The notes beneath the pieces are model-generated. The model did no database searches and was not told the DNA's origin. It was given only the letters and a program-made list of their open reading frames with translations. This document shows positions 38,097-48,836 of a DNA stretch of 64,000 bases, one piece after another. The stretch is from Candidatus Dormiibacterota bacterium (GTDB taxonomy: Bacteria; Chloroflexota; Dormibacteria; Aeolococcales; Bog-877). A program made the translations under genes and the position numbers. How positions within the stretch are numbered: position 1 is the first letter of the stretch; each line of letters opens with the position of its first letter. The stretch lies in contig JBAPNX010000035.1 of assembly GCA_049279335.1 (NCBI GenBank), forward strand, positions 57,217 through 121,216, given 5' to 3'.

Positions 38097-39626
38097 GTGG
38101 CGAGACAGATGGGTGCCGATGACTCCTCGTCCGGGCTTCCGCCCCCGCGCGAGGCCCGAGGCTGGCAGAAGTTGCTGGTCGAACCTCGTCGCCCCATCCC
38201 AATCGCCACAAGTCCCTGGGCGCCCTGGTTGGTCGTCGGCACCGTCTGCATTGGCGCGTTCATGGGCCAGCTCGATTCCAGCATCGTGATCATCGCCCTG
38301 CCCACCATCCAGTCGAACTTTCACAGCAGCCTGGGCGCGGTGGAATGGGTCTCTCTCGCCTACCTGCTGACGCTGATCGCGATGGTGATCGCCATCGGAC
38401 GCTTCGCCGACATGGTCGGGCGAAAACTTCTCTACCTGTACGGATTCGCGATCTTCATCGTCAGCAGCGGCCTCTGCGCGCTGGCGCCAGACCTGGCTGT
38501 CCTAGCCATCTTTCGCATCCTTCAGGGCTTCGGCGCCGCCATGCTCCAAGCCAACAGCGTTGCCCTCATTGTCCAGGCGCTACCCCCACTAAGGCTGGGA
38601 CGAGGCATTGGCATCCAGGCCGCGGCACAGGCGCTGGGTCTCTCCCTGGGACCGGCCGTCGGGGGCCTATTGCTGCTGCTGGGTGGATGGCGGCTGCTAT
38701 TCCTGATCAACCTTCCAGTGGGTTTGATCGCATTTGCCCTGGGGTGGTTCCTACTCCCTCGCAGCCGCTTTCTGGCTGCCCGCGAGCCCATCGACTGGCG
38801 CGGCCTGGGCCTTTTCGTCATCGCCGTGTCCACGCTTCTCCTAGCGCTGTCATTCGGAGATCAGGCGGGCTGGACTTCAGCCTACATCGTGGCGAGCTTT
38901 GTCGTGGCAGTCGCCGCGCTTGTCGCATTCGTTGCCCTGGAGCTGCACCTGCCCGCGCCGATGGTGCAACTTTCGGTCTTCCGTCGAGCAGCCTTCAGCG
39001 CAGGCATCACCAGCGGCTTGCTTTCGTATCTGGCCCTGTTTGGAGCCCTTTTCATCTTCCCCTTCTATCTGCAGTTCGCTGGGCACATGAACGCCGCTGC
39101 CGCCGGTGCGCGCTTGCTCTGCCTTCCCTTGGCTCTAGGTTTGACTGCTCCGGCAGCGGGGATCTTGGCCGACCGTTGGGGAGCCCGACCATTGACCGTT
39201 GGCGGCATGCTGCTGGCAGCCGCCGCCTTATTGGCGATCGCGCTGCATCCCAGCAGCGGGGGCGTGTTACTGCTGGAGTTCATTGCCATCGGGGTCGGTA
39301 TCGGCGCCTTCACCTCCTCCAACAACGCCGCAATCATGAGAACTGTGGGGCGGGAGCAGTCGGGGATGGCCAGCGGCATTCTTAACATGACCCGGGGGAT
39401 GGGCACGGCCACCGGTGTCGCCCTCACTGGCGTGGTCCTCGGACTCGCGGCCGGAGTCTCATCGACTCAGGCTCATTCGCCAGCCCTCGCGACAAAAGGA
39501 CTTGTCGCGGCCGCGTTCTTCCTGGCGGCGGTCGTGGTGGTTGCGGCGGTGTTGTCGGCCCTGCGTGGCGGGGGTGGACCCGCTCCGGGCCTGGTCTCGC
39601 CCACCGCGCCTGAGGCGGTTAGGTGA
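38097..39626 (+). CDS. MFS transporter, DHA2 (EmrB/QacA-like, 14-TM) family
   Basis: GQLDSSIVIIALPTI, the motif A-like GRFADMVGRKLLY, and about 14 hydrophobic segments. Confidence 0.85.
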   Translation: MARQMGADDSSSGLPPPREARGWQKLLVEPRRPIPIATSPWAPWLVVGTVCIGAFMGQLDSSIVIIALPTIQSNFHSSLGAVEWVSLAYLLTLIAMVIAIGRFADMVGRKLLYLYGFAIFIVSSGLCALAPDLAVLAIFRILQGFGAAMLQANSVALIVQALPPLRLGRGIGIQAAAQALGLSLGPAVGGLLLLLGGWRLLFLINLPVGLIAFALGWFLLPRSRFLAAREPIDWRGLGLFVIAVSTLLLALSFGDQAGWTSAYIVASFVVAVAALVAFVALELHLPAPMVQLSVFRRAAFSAGITSGLLSYLALFGALFIFPFYLQFAGHMNAAAAGARLLCLPLALGLTAPAAGILADRWGARPLTVGGMLLAAAALLAIALHPSSGGVLLLEFIAIGVGIGAFTSSNNAAIMRTVGREQSGMASGILNMTRGMGTATGVALTGVVLGLAAGVSSTQAHSPALATKGLVAAAFFLAAVVVVAAVLSALRGGGGPAPGLVSPTAPEAVR

Positions 39627-40031
39627 GGGAGAGCAGCAAGGAGTCGTTGAAGTGCCCAAGAGGTGGTTGGCGTCAGCACTTCGACCTGGGAACACGGGCC
39701 TGACGACTGGCCCCATCGATCAGGCTACCCAGGAGATACTCCTGAAGTCACCGGCCCTCCGCAGCGGCCCGCCGGCGCGGGACCGCACCAACTTCATTTG
39801 GGACATCCTCGATCTGAATGCACGTCATGACGCCATCGCGTGGCGATCTAAGCGAAGCCGGGCAAGCGATGGCCAGTCAGACGGCGCCGCCGTCGTCGCA
39901 GAGGGCCGTCACTGCCTCAAAGTCACCCGAGCTCACGGCCAGGTGCTTGACAGACCCAGCGACGCTGAGCCTACTCTACGGGCCGTCCGATCTCAGTCCC
40001 TCGGCCGAAAACGAGGCATCAGGAGGCGTTG

Positions 40032-41315
40032 ATGGCTGAAGGTGTCCTGACCACGAGTTCCACAGTGACCTCGGCCAACCCCTACATCACTGCCCAGCGC
40101 CAGTTCGACCAGGCCGCCAGCATCTTGGGCCTCGACGAAGGCATGCGCCAGGTCTTGCGCGAGGTTAGACGCGAGCTGACCGTCAACTTCCCGGTGCGCA
40201 TGGACGACGGCAGCATCCGCATCTTCACCGGTTATCGGGTCCAGCACAACCTCACCCGGGGCCCGGCCAAAGGCGGGATCCGCTACCACCCCCAAGTCAG
40301 TCTCGACGAGGTCAAGGCTTTGGCCATGTGGATGAGCTGGAAGTGTGCGGTCACCAACCTCCCCTACGGCGGCGCCAAGGGCGGAGTCATCTGCGACCCC
40401 CGGCAGATGAGCCAGAAAGAGCTGGAGAACTTGACCCGGCGCTTCGCCAGCGAGATCTCGATCCTGATCGGCCCCGAGTCCGACATCCCTGCCCCCGACG
40501 TCAACACCAACCAGCAGACCATGGCCTGGATCATGGACACGATCTCGATGGAGAAGGGCTACTCGGTGCCAGCCATCGTGACCGGAAAGCCCCTCTCCAT
40601 CGGCGGCTCCGAAGGCCGACCAGCAGCGACCGGGCGAGGGGTGATGGTGGTGACACTGGAAGCCTGCCGCCGAATGGGGATCGATCCCACCGCAACTAGC
40701 GTCGCGATTCAGGGATTCGGCAACGTCGGCAGTATCTCCGCGGAACTGCTCCACGCGGAGGGCTTCAAGGTGGTGGCGGTCTCCGATGTCTACGGCGGCA
40801 TTTACAACCCCCAGGGGCTGGACATCCCGAGCCTGATCGGGCACGTCAGCACTGCCGGCAAGGTGGAGGGCTTCCCCGGGGCCGCCCAGCCCATAACCAA
40901 CGCTGCCTTGCTGGAGCTTCCAATCACCATCCTCATCCCCGCGGCTCTAGAGAACCAGCTGACCATGGCCAACGCGGCCAAGATCCAGGCCCGGATGGTG
41001 GTCGAGGCCGCCAACGGGCCGACCACGCCGGAGGCGGACGACATCTTCCATCAGCGGGGGGTCACCCTGATACCCGACATCCTCGCCAATGCTGGAGGCG
41101 TCACCGTCTCCTATTTCGAGTGGGTGCAGGACCTGCAGTCCTTCTTCTGGGAAGAAAAGGAGATCAACGGTCGGCTGACCAAGATCATGCAGAGGGCTTA
41201 CGAGCAAGTGGACGAGCTCGCCCGCGAGCACCGCACCACCTTGCGGATGGGGGCGTACTGCTTGGCGGTCAAGCGTGTAGCCGACGCCACCTCAGTGCGA
41301 GGGATTTATCCCTAG
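40032..41315 (+). CDS. gdhA: Glutamate dehydrogenase (Glu/Leu/Phe/Val dehydrogenase family)
   Basis: Catalytic-Lys region LPYGGAKGGV, and Rossmann IQGFGNVG. ATG at 40032 lies 5 nt after AGGAGG; the ORF track starts one codon earlier, at TTG. Confidence 0.93.
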   Translation: MAEGVLTTSSTVTSANPYITAQRQFDQAASILGLDEGMRQVLREVRRELTVNFPVRMDDGSIRIFTGYRVQHNLTRGPAKGGIRYHPQVSLDEVKALAMWMSWKCAVTNLPYGGAKGGVICDPRQMSQKELENLTRRFASEISILIGPESDIPAPDVNTNQQTMAWIMDTISMEKGYSVPAIVTGKPLSIGGSEGRPAATGRGVMVVTLEACRRMGIDPTATSVAIQGFGNVGSISAELLHAEGFKVVAVSDVYGGIYNPQGLDIPSLIGHVSTAGKVEGFPGAAQPITNAALLELPITILIPAALENQLTMANAAKIQARMVVEAANGPTTPEADDIFHQRGVTLIPDILANAGGVTVSYFEWVQDLQSFFWEEKEINGRLTKIMQRAYEQVDELAREHRTTLRMGAYCLAVKRVADATSVRGIYP

Positions 41316-41395
41316 CTGCTGGGACCGTACCCCTCAGCCTTCCTCCGCTCGGCAGTTCCGTGGATGGTCGCAACCGCCCTCCAGGAGGAGACACT

Positions 41396-41953
41396 GTGCG
41401 CGTCATGACCGGTCGCGTCCCCGCCCTCCCAGCCGCGCTTGCCCTAGCTGTGGTGTGCGTGGCTTCGGGCCTGGTAACGCACCGCTCTGTAGCCCCGCCT
41501 GCGCCCCTCCCCGCCTACGCCGTCCGGGTCGCGGCGGCCCCCGCTGCGGGCCCGGCCTTCACGGACTACCTATGGTCTCCCGACACCGACCTTGCAGTGC
41601 ACGTAGGCCTGTACGGGGACTGCACCGGCCGGACGCCGCTCACCCACAGCCAGGTAGCCATCGACTCATGCGTCACCGGGGAGGGGCCGTACTTCGTCGG
41701 CCACGACCTGCCAGGACTGTTCGCCGGACTGCTGAGCCTGCGCGTGGGCGACTCGATTGATTGGTACAACGCTGAGGGCCAGCTGACCGTGTACCACGTG
41801 TACCGCCTCCTCACAGTCCCCTCCAGCATGGTCGGCTACGTGGCTGGCTCTGCTGCCACGCTTCAGACTTGCACCAACGCCACCGGGCTGGTCGATCGAC
41901 TGGTCGTGGTCTCAGCTTCGGCTGTGGGGCACCCCGGCATCCTGGTCAACTAG
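41396..41953 (+). CDS. Sortase-family transpeptidase (class E/F-like) with an N-terminal membrane anchor
   Basis: Signal-anchor ALPAALALAVVCVASGLV, the His region FVGHDLPGLF...LRVGDSI, the catalytic TLQTC, and a conserved Arg 9 residues later (DRLVVVSA). GTG at 41396 follows AGGAGGAG. Confidence 0.65.
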   Translation: MRVMTGRVPALPAALALAVVCVASGLVTHRSVAPPAPLPAYAVRVAAAPAAGPAFTDYLWSPDTDLAVHVGLYGDCTGRTPLTHSQVAIDSCVTGEGPYFVGHDLPGLFAGLLSLRVGDSIDWYNAEGQLTVYHVYRLLTVPSSMVGYVAGSAATLQTCTNATGLVDRLVVVSASAVGHPGILVN

Positions 41954-42082
41954 CCCACGCATCGGCGGCCCCCGCGCTTCCCGTGGTGTCCGTCCGCGAG
42001 ATTCAATGGGCGGAAGTCAGCCGTCGTTGAGCAGAGGGGTGGAGAATTACCCCATGAGCGCAATCTCAGAGAGGCCGACCTA

Positions 42083-43714
<1,632 letters not shown>

Positions 43715-43720
43715 GCCGGC

Positions 43721-45286
43721 TCAGCTGGGGCAATTCCCCCGCGAGGCGTGCCAGGCTGAGGCGTCCGAGTTAGGCGCATAGAGAACGCTCTCCTTGTTGG
43801 CGTAGACGCAGCTCCAGTCCGACCTGCCCCGCAGCAGCAGTGCCAGTGCCGAGCCCCTCCCCTGCCAGACCAGGCTGACGTGGTAGTGGTCCAGGATTGC
43901 CATGGTTCCCGGAGATGCGGACACGACGGTGAGGTACTGCTTCAGCACCTTGGGCCCCATCAGGTCCACCTCTCCGAAGATGAAGAGTCGGTCGGGAGCG
44001 CAGCTGCTGCCGGCGGGATCGCGGGGGTCGATGCGGTAGAGCAGCCAGCCAGAGCTTCCGTAGGGGGTGAAAACCCGTGCCGCTGGCCCGTCGCAGATGA
44101 CCCGTCCCACTTGGACCGGGTAGGCGGAGCTCTCCAGACGGTTGTCTGGGCTGCTCAGCTGGGACGAGATCCGGACCACGCTGGCCAGAAGTACCAGGAG
44201 CAAGACCGCCCCCACGAACCAGCGGGGGGCGGGGCGACTGGCCCTCCTGAGGGACAGCTTTCGCGCCGACCGCACATACTCGGCGAGGCCCTGAAGCCCG
44301 TCGGCCCACAGGGGCAGGACCAAGATGGCAAAGAGTGGGATGTCGCGGACCGCGTAGAGCAGCAGGACCGTCCCGGCCAGGGCCAGGAGAAAGTCGGCCG
44401 GGCGAGTGTTCTTGGCCCAACGCGCCACCAGGATGGTGCTAAGGAGCAGGAACAGTACCGGCACTGACGCCAATGCGTGGAAGTTGGGGGGCTGCCACTC
44501 GTCGAGGTTGGCCTGGGCCACCGGGCTGAGGAGCAGGTGCAGCGGATACAGGTAGAGCCCCCAGCCGTTGGGGTTGACCATCGGGGCCAGGGCCGACAAA
44601 ACCAAGGCGGCACCGAGGTCGCGCAACCGGAAAGGATCGAGCGAGCTCCTCTCCCCCAGCCAGGCGCTGAGACTCTCCCCGATCAGGAAAACCGCAATCA
44701 CCCCCAGGCCGACGACGAATCCCCCGTGAAGGTTGCCCCAGACGATGAACATCGGGATCAGCCAGAGCAGCAGCCGACGAGTTGGATGGCGGCGGTAGGA
44801 ATCGAGCAGGACCAAGAGGCCGCCGAGGAAGCCGAAGGTCCACATCTGGGGACTGGGTCCCCAGATCTGAAGTCCGGAGATGATGACCAGCCCGGCGCCG
44901 ACGGCGAGGATCCAGCGCGACAGGCCCTCTCGATTAGCCCGCATCACCCCGCACGCGAAGCCCACCCAGGTGACCAGGGCCATGAGCAGGATCACCGGGG
45001 TCATACCCAGGGCTCGGTAGAGGAGGGCGAAGATGACCTCCGAGCCCCACTCCTGGGTGATGAAGGGATGGGTGGCGGCGGTGAAGGTGTAGTCGTTGTG
45101 CTGCGGCACCCCGGACGCCAGGATGTCCAGCCCCACGCGCAGATGCCACCAGAAGTCGGGATCGAACTGGGGCTGGGTGAAGGCGGCGAACCCCAGGATC
45201 GCGACCGCCAGAAGAAATACGGTGGGACCGTCGAGCACCCACTGGCGCCCCACGATGCGGGACGACGCCCAGCTCACTGCAGACAT
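43721..45286 (-). CDS. Polytopic membrane protein with a C-terminal extracytoplasmic domain (possible GT-C-type glycosyltransferase)
   Basis: More than 10 TM segments. The N-terminal loop motif is DPDFWWHLRVGLDI...HPFITQEWGSEV. The functional call is tentative. Confidence 0.4.
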   Translation of the reverse strand: MSAVSWASSRIVGRQWVLDGPTVFLLAVAILGFAAFTQPQFDPDFWWHLRVGLDILASGVPQHNDYTFTAATHPFITQEWGSEVIFALLYRALGMTPVILLMALVTWVGFACGVMRANREGLSRWILAVGAGLVIISGLQIWGPSPQMWTFGFLGGLLVLLDSYRRHPTRRLLLWLIPMFIVWGNLHGGFVVGLGVIAVFLIGESLSAWLGERSSLDPFRLRDLGAALVLSALAPMVNPNGWGLYLYPLHLLLSPVAQANLDEWQPPNFHALASVPVLFLLLSTILVARWAKNTRPADFLLALAGTVLLLYAVRDIPLFAILVLPLWADGLQGLAEYVRSARKLSLRRASRPAPRWFVGAVLLLVLLASVVRISSQLSSPDNRLESSAYPVQVGRVICDGPAARVFTPYGSSGWLLYRIDPRDPAGSSCAPDRLFIFGEVDLMGPKVLKQYLTVVSASPGTMAILDHYHVSLVWQGRGSALALLLRGRSDWSCVYANKESVLYAPNSDASAWHASRGNCPS

Positions 45287-45411
45287 ACTCGGATTTGGAT
45301 TCTAGGTTGGGCCTTTAAGAGTGGGGAGAAGTCCTTGCTACGATCGCGCAGCTCCCGGTAACGGTCGAGCGAAGAGGCCACCTGCGAGATCCGAACGCGT
45401 CAATCTGACTT

Positions 45412-45437
45412 CGCTGGAGCTCCGCCCAGCTCCAGCG
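45412..45437 (-). terminator. GC-rich hairpin just after the carboxyltransferase stop (10-bp perfect stem, 6-nt loop)
   Basis: CGCTGGAGCT-ccgccc-AGCTCCAGCG, located 7 nt downstream of the stop at 45445-45447. There is no U-tract. Confidence 0.4.
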
Positions 45438-45444
45438 AGATACC

Positions 45445-47022
45445 TCAGACCGGGAACACCCCGTGGTGGCGTTCGGGAGACCGCCGCACCTTGGTGGCGG
45501 CGGCCGCCAGACGCCAGATCAGCTGATCGCGAAGTTCCCCGGGTTCGACCACCGCGTCCAGGATCAGGTCCGAAGCCAGCTGGAAGACGTCGACGTCCTC
45601 TGAGTACTCGGCCCTGAGCCGGGCCACGAACTCAGGGCGCTCCGCCTCCGGTAGGGCGGCTATCCGGTTGGCGTAGACCGCGTTGATGGCCGCTTCAGGA
45701 CCCATGACCGCAATCTCGGCGGTGGGCAGGGCCAGGGTCGCCTCGGGCTGGAACGCCGGGCCGCTCATGGCGTACAGGCCAGCCCCATAGGCCTTGCGCA
45801 GAACAACGCAGATCCGTGGCACGGTCGCCGAGCTTAGGGCGGCGATCATCTTGGCCCCGTGACGGATGATGCCCTCCCGCTCGACCACCGATCCGATCAT
45901 GAAACCGGGGACATCGGCGAGGAATACCAGGGGCAGGTTGAAGGCGTCGCAGAGGCTGATGAAACGGGCCGCCTTGTCAGATGAGTCGACGAACAGGACG
46001 CCACCCTGGTGCTCTGGCTGCGATGCCACGACGCCCACGGCCCGACCACCGAGCCGGCCCAGCCCGCAGACCAGCTCCCGAGCGTACAGAGGCTTGATCT
46101 CGAAAAATGAGCCGCCGTCCAGCAGCGCGTCCAGGATCAGATGGATGTCATAGCCCCTGGTTGGCTCGCGTGGCAGCAGCGCTCCGATGTCGGCCTGGGA
46201 GCTGGGCTGCCTGGCGGCCGCAGCAGGAGGTTCGCCCCGCCAGCTTGAGGGAAAGAATGCGAGGTAAGAGCGCAGGGCCGCGATGGCGCTGGCCTCGTCT
46301 GGAAGTAGAAGGTCGCCGCAGCCGCTGACGGTGCAGTGCATCCTGGCCCCGCCCATCTCCTCCAGCGAGACGTGCTCACCGACGACCTCCTGCGCCATCC
46401 GAGGAGACCCGAGGTACATGGAGGCATTGCCCTCCACCATGAAAGTGACGTCGCAGAAGGCGGGGATGTAGGCGCCGCCCGCGGCGCTGGGTCCCAAGAG
46501 GACGCACGGCTGCGGCACCTGGCCACTGAGGCGGACCTGGTTATGAAAGATGCGCCCGGCGTGGCGCCGGCCCGGAAACATCTGCCGTTGCTCGGTGATC
46601 CGAGCTCCGGCGGAATCCACCAGGTAGCAGAGCGGCAGCTGGAGCCGCTCCGCCTGTTCCTGGATCCGGAGGAATTTCTCCACCGTCAGTGGACCCCAGG
46701 ATCCTGCCTTGACAGTGGGATCATTGGCGGCCACGCAGACCCGGCGACCGTGGACCGTCCCGATGCCGGTGACCAGCCCGTCAGCGCCCATCTCCTCCGG
46801 CGAAGCGGTGTTGGCCAGCAGACCATCCTCGATGAATGGGGTCGCCGGATCGAAGAGCAGCCTAAGGCGCTCGCGAACCGGCAACTTGTGCTGGTCTGGT
46901 AGCCGGCTGCGATAGCGCTCGGGGCCCCCACGTAGGGCGGTGTCCCGCCTCTCCTGCAGTTCGTCCCGGAGGCTCTGATCCCCACCAGCCTCCGTCGCTC
47001 CTGGCTCGAAGGGGGCAGTCAT
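45445..47022 (-). CDS. Acyl-CoA carboxylase carboxyltransferase (beta) subunit, methylcrotonyl-/propionyl-CoA carboxylase type
   Basis: VTGIGTVHGRRVCVAANDPTVKAGSWGPLTVEK...LVDSAGARI, and a second CT repeat (GVVASQP...). No biotin carboxylase subunit is adjacent. Confidence 0.85.
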   Translation of the reverse strand: MTAPFEPGATEAGGDQSLRDELQERRDTALRGGPERYRSRLPDQHKLPVRERLRLLFDPATPFIEDGLLANTASPEEMGADGLVTGIGTVHGRRVCVAANDPTVKAGSWGPLTVEKFLRIQEQAERLQLPLCYLVDSAGARITEQRQMFPGRRHAGRIFHNQVRLSGQVPQPCVLLGPSAAGGAYIPAFCDVTFMVEGNASMYLGSPRMAQEVVGEHVSLEEMGGARMHCTVSGCGDLLLPDEASAIAALRSYLAFFPSSWRGEPPAAAARQPSSQADIGALLPREPTRGYDIHLILDALLDGGSFFEIKPLYARELVCGLGRLGGRAVGVVASQPEHQGGVLFVDSSDKAARFISLCDAFNLPLVFLADVPGFMIGSVVEREGIIRHGAKMIAALSSATVPRICVVLRKAYGAGLYAMSGPAFQPEATLALPTAEIAVMGPEAAINAVYANRIAALPEAERPEFVARLRAEYSEDVDVFQLASDLILDAVVEPGELRDQLIWRLAAAATKVRRSPERHHGVFPV

Positions 47023-47153
47023 CTAGCGTAAGAGTAGAGGCTCTCGTGGAGGTCGCTGGTGGCAGCTGGAGGTGAAACGGCCTCAGGCTTATTTGCGACT
47101 TGCCACGGCCATCAGCAGATCGTCACCGCGGCCGCGCCAATGGCTCGGCGGCT

Positions 47154-48836
47154 TTAGGCAACCGCCGCGCCAACCCGCGATCGGAGCTCCGCACGATTAC
47201 CACCCTTGCGCTTGGCGACGTACATGGCGAGATCGGCGAGCCGGGAGATGGCTTCGTAGGTGTCGGGCGGTCCTCCAACGGCGATTCCCATGCTCAATTT
47301 CGGCCTGGGGAGGCCCGCGCTCACCTGGTGAAGTTTGGCGAACACCCTGCTTGCAACCATTTGGGCGGTTGCAGCGTCACCGTCGCCGAGCACCACGACG
47401 AATTCGTCGCCGCCAACCCGAGCGCAGACGTCCAAAGCTCGCGCCGAGGTCGACAAGGCCGCCGCCACGGTGCAGATCAGAACGTCTCCCGCGGCATGTC
47501 CTTCGGTGTCGTTGACCAGCTTGAGCCCATCGACGTCGGCAGACAGCACCGCGAATGATCGGCCGGGCGTTAGCGTGGTGACCGCCCGCATCAGCCCACG
47601 TCGGTTGAGCAGGTGCGTCAGCGGGTCGGTCAGGGAGGCCTCCTCCACGAGCTCATTGAGACGTGCGTTTGCTAGCGCCGGCTCCACACTGCGACCCAGC
47701 TGGGCGAGTTCGCCGAGGAGGTGCGGGGAGACTGGCGTTCCTCGTCCAAGGACCGAGAGGACACCATCGATCTTCCCATTGGGCGCCACCGGAATCCACG
47801 CTCCGTGGGTAACCCCGGTATCGCGGGCCAAGTCGCTAAGAGATTCCCCTAGTAGCTCGGGGTCTAGCGGGCCAGCCATCGGCTCGCCCCGGTGAAGCAC
47901 GGTTGCGATATAAGGGTGGTCTAGCAAGCACCACGTACTGGGCTTGATCTCGCCGGCGGCGTTGTACCCGTCGACAATCGAGACGACGCCTTTATCGATT
48001 CGCAGGTAGGTCGCCCATCTCGGCACTCCTCCCGAAGGCGAAGCGATACCGGCTGCCGCCCGACAAGCAACGGCAATCACGTCCTCAGTACGACGGAGTC
48101 CCAGCAACTCAAGGTCCGCGGCCGCCAGCACGGCATCTTCTCGCAGTAGCTCATCACGGTCGACAACGGCCGACAGCGTTTGCCGTCGCAGGTAGCGGAC
48201 CGTGAACGTCGCGAGGAGCGCCAGGGCCGTAACGAACCCCCACCGACGAAGGTCGACAGCAACCGAGGCGCTGTCCACGATCACTTCGGCTCCCACCGCA
48301 GCGCTCATGGCGAGTACCGTCACCGCAGACGTCCACGCCGACTCGAATGAAGCGACCCAGAGCACCGGGAGCAGGGCAAGGACCAACAAGCCGTTGCCCG
48401 GCCCGCCCTCGGCGAGGCCGAGGAATGTCCAAGACGCGAGGTAGAGAAGAATGGCTGCCATTAGGTTTGCCGCGCGCTGCCCCAGCATTCCCAAAACGAT
48501 CACGACGGCGCACAACACGACGAGGATTCCCACGGAGGCGAGGTAGGCCGACTGGTTGCGAATCCCCGGCGGCAGTAATCCACTCGCCTCCCCCAAAATT
48601 CCGGTGGCTACAAACGGCAGAACCCGAGTGATCCGTTTGCCCATCGGCCAGTCGAGGGGACTCGCCGGCGGGGAGGCCGGAATCCGAGCATCTTCACCCC
48701 GGCGCCGGCGATCTACATCGCGGCTAGGCGTTTTGGACGGTCGCGGAATCTGCAGCGCGCCTTCGGTTTTAGCGCCGACGCCTGGCGCACTAAACAGCTG
48801 CGGCACTGGCTTGACGCCGGCTGCTGACCCCGTCAC
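47154..48836 (-). CDS. Membrane-anchored diguanylate cyclase (multi-TM N-terminus, GAF-like region, GGDEF domain)
   Basis: DPLTHLLNRRG, then RVGGDEFVVVL. The start is uncertain; ATG at 48644 would avoid the 47-nt overlap with the upstream gene. Confidence 0.85.
   Translation of the reverse strand: MTGSAAGVKPVPQLFSAPGVGAKTEGALQIPRPSKTPSRDVDRRRRGEDARIPASPPASPLDWPMGKRITRVLPFVATGILGEASGLLPPGIRNQSAYLASVGILVVLCAVVIVLGMLGQRAANLMAAILLYLASWTFLGLAEGGPGNGLLVLALLPVLWVASFESAWTSAVTVLAMSAAVGAEVIVDSASVAVDLRRWGFVTALALLATFTVRYLRRQTLSAVVDRDELLREDAVLAAADLELLGLRRTEDVIAVACRAAAGIASPSGGVPRWATYLRIDKGVVSIVDGYNAAGEIKPSTWCLLDHPYIATVLHRGEPMAGPLDPELLGESLSDLARDTGVTHGAWIPVAPNGKIDGVLSVLGRGTPVSPHLLGELAQLGRSVEPALANARLNELVEEASLTDPLTHLLNRRGLMRAVTTLTPGRSFAVLSADVDGLKLVNDTEGHAAGDVLICTVAAALSTSARALDVCARVGGDEFVVVLGDGDAATAQMVASRVFAKLHQVSAGLPRPKLSMGIAVGGPPDTYEAISRLADLAMYVAKRKGGNRAELRSRVGAAVA

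Noticed and set aside
37827-38324. A 165-aa minus-strand ORF overlapping the start of the DHA2 MFS gene.
   Set aside because: It is antisense to a well-supported transporter N-terminus and has low-complexity Arg/Gly-rich composition.
39880-39975. A minus-strand peptide ...SVAGSVKHLAVSSGDFEAVTAL... that faintly resembles the C-terminus of a PIN (VapC) toxin.
   Set aside because: Only about 30 residues lie between stops. The upstream part would fall inside gdh, and the similarity is too weak to call even a remnant.
39415-40032. A 205-aa listed plus-strand ORF spanning the end of the MFS gene and the gdh upstream gap.
   Set aside because: Its first 70 codons are an alternative frame of the MFS gene. 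The remainder has no recognisable family, so I kept it only as a low-interest finding and not as a feature.
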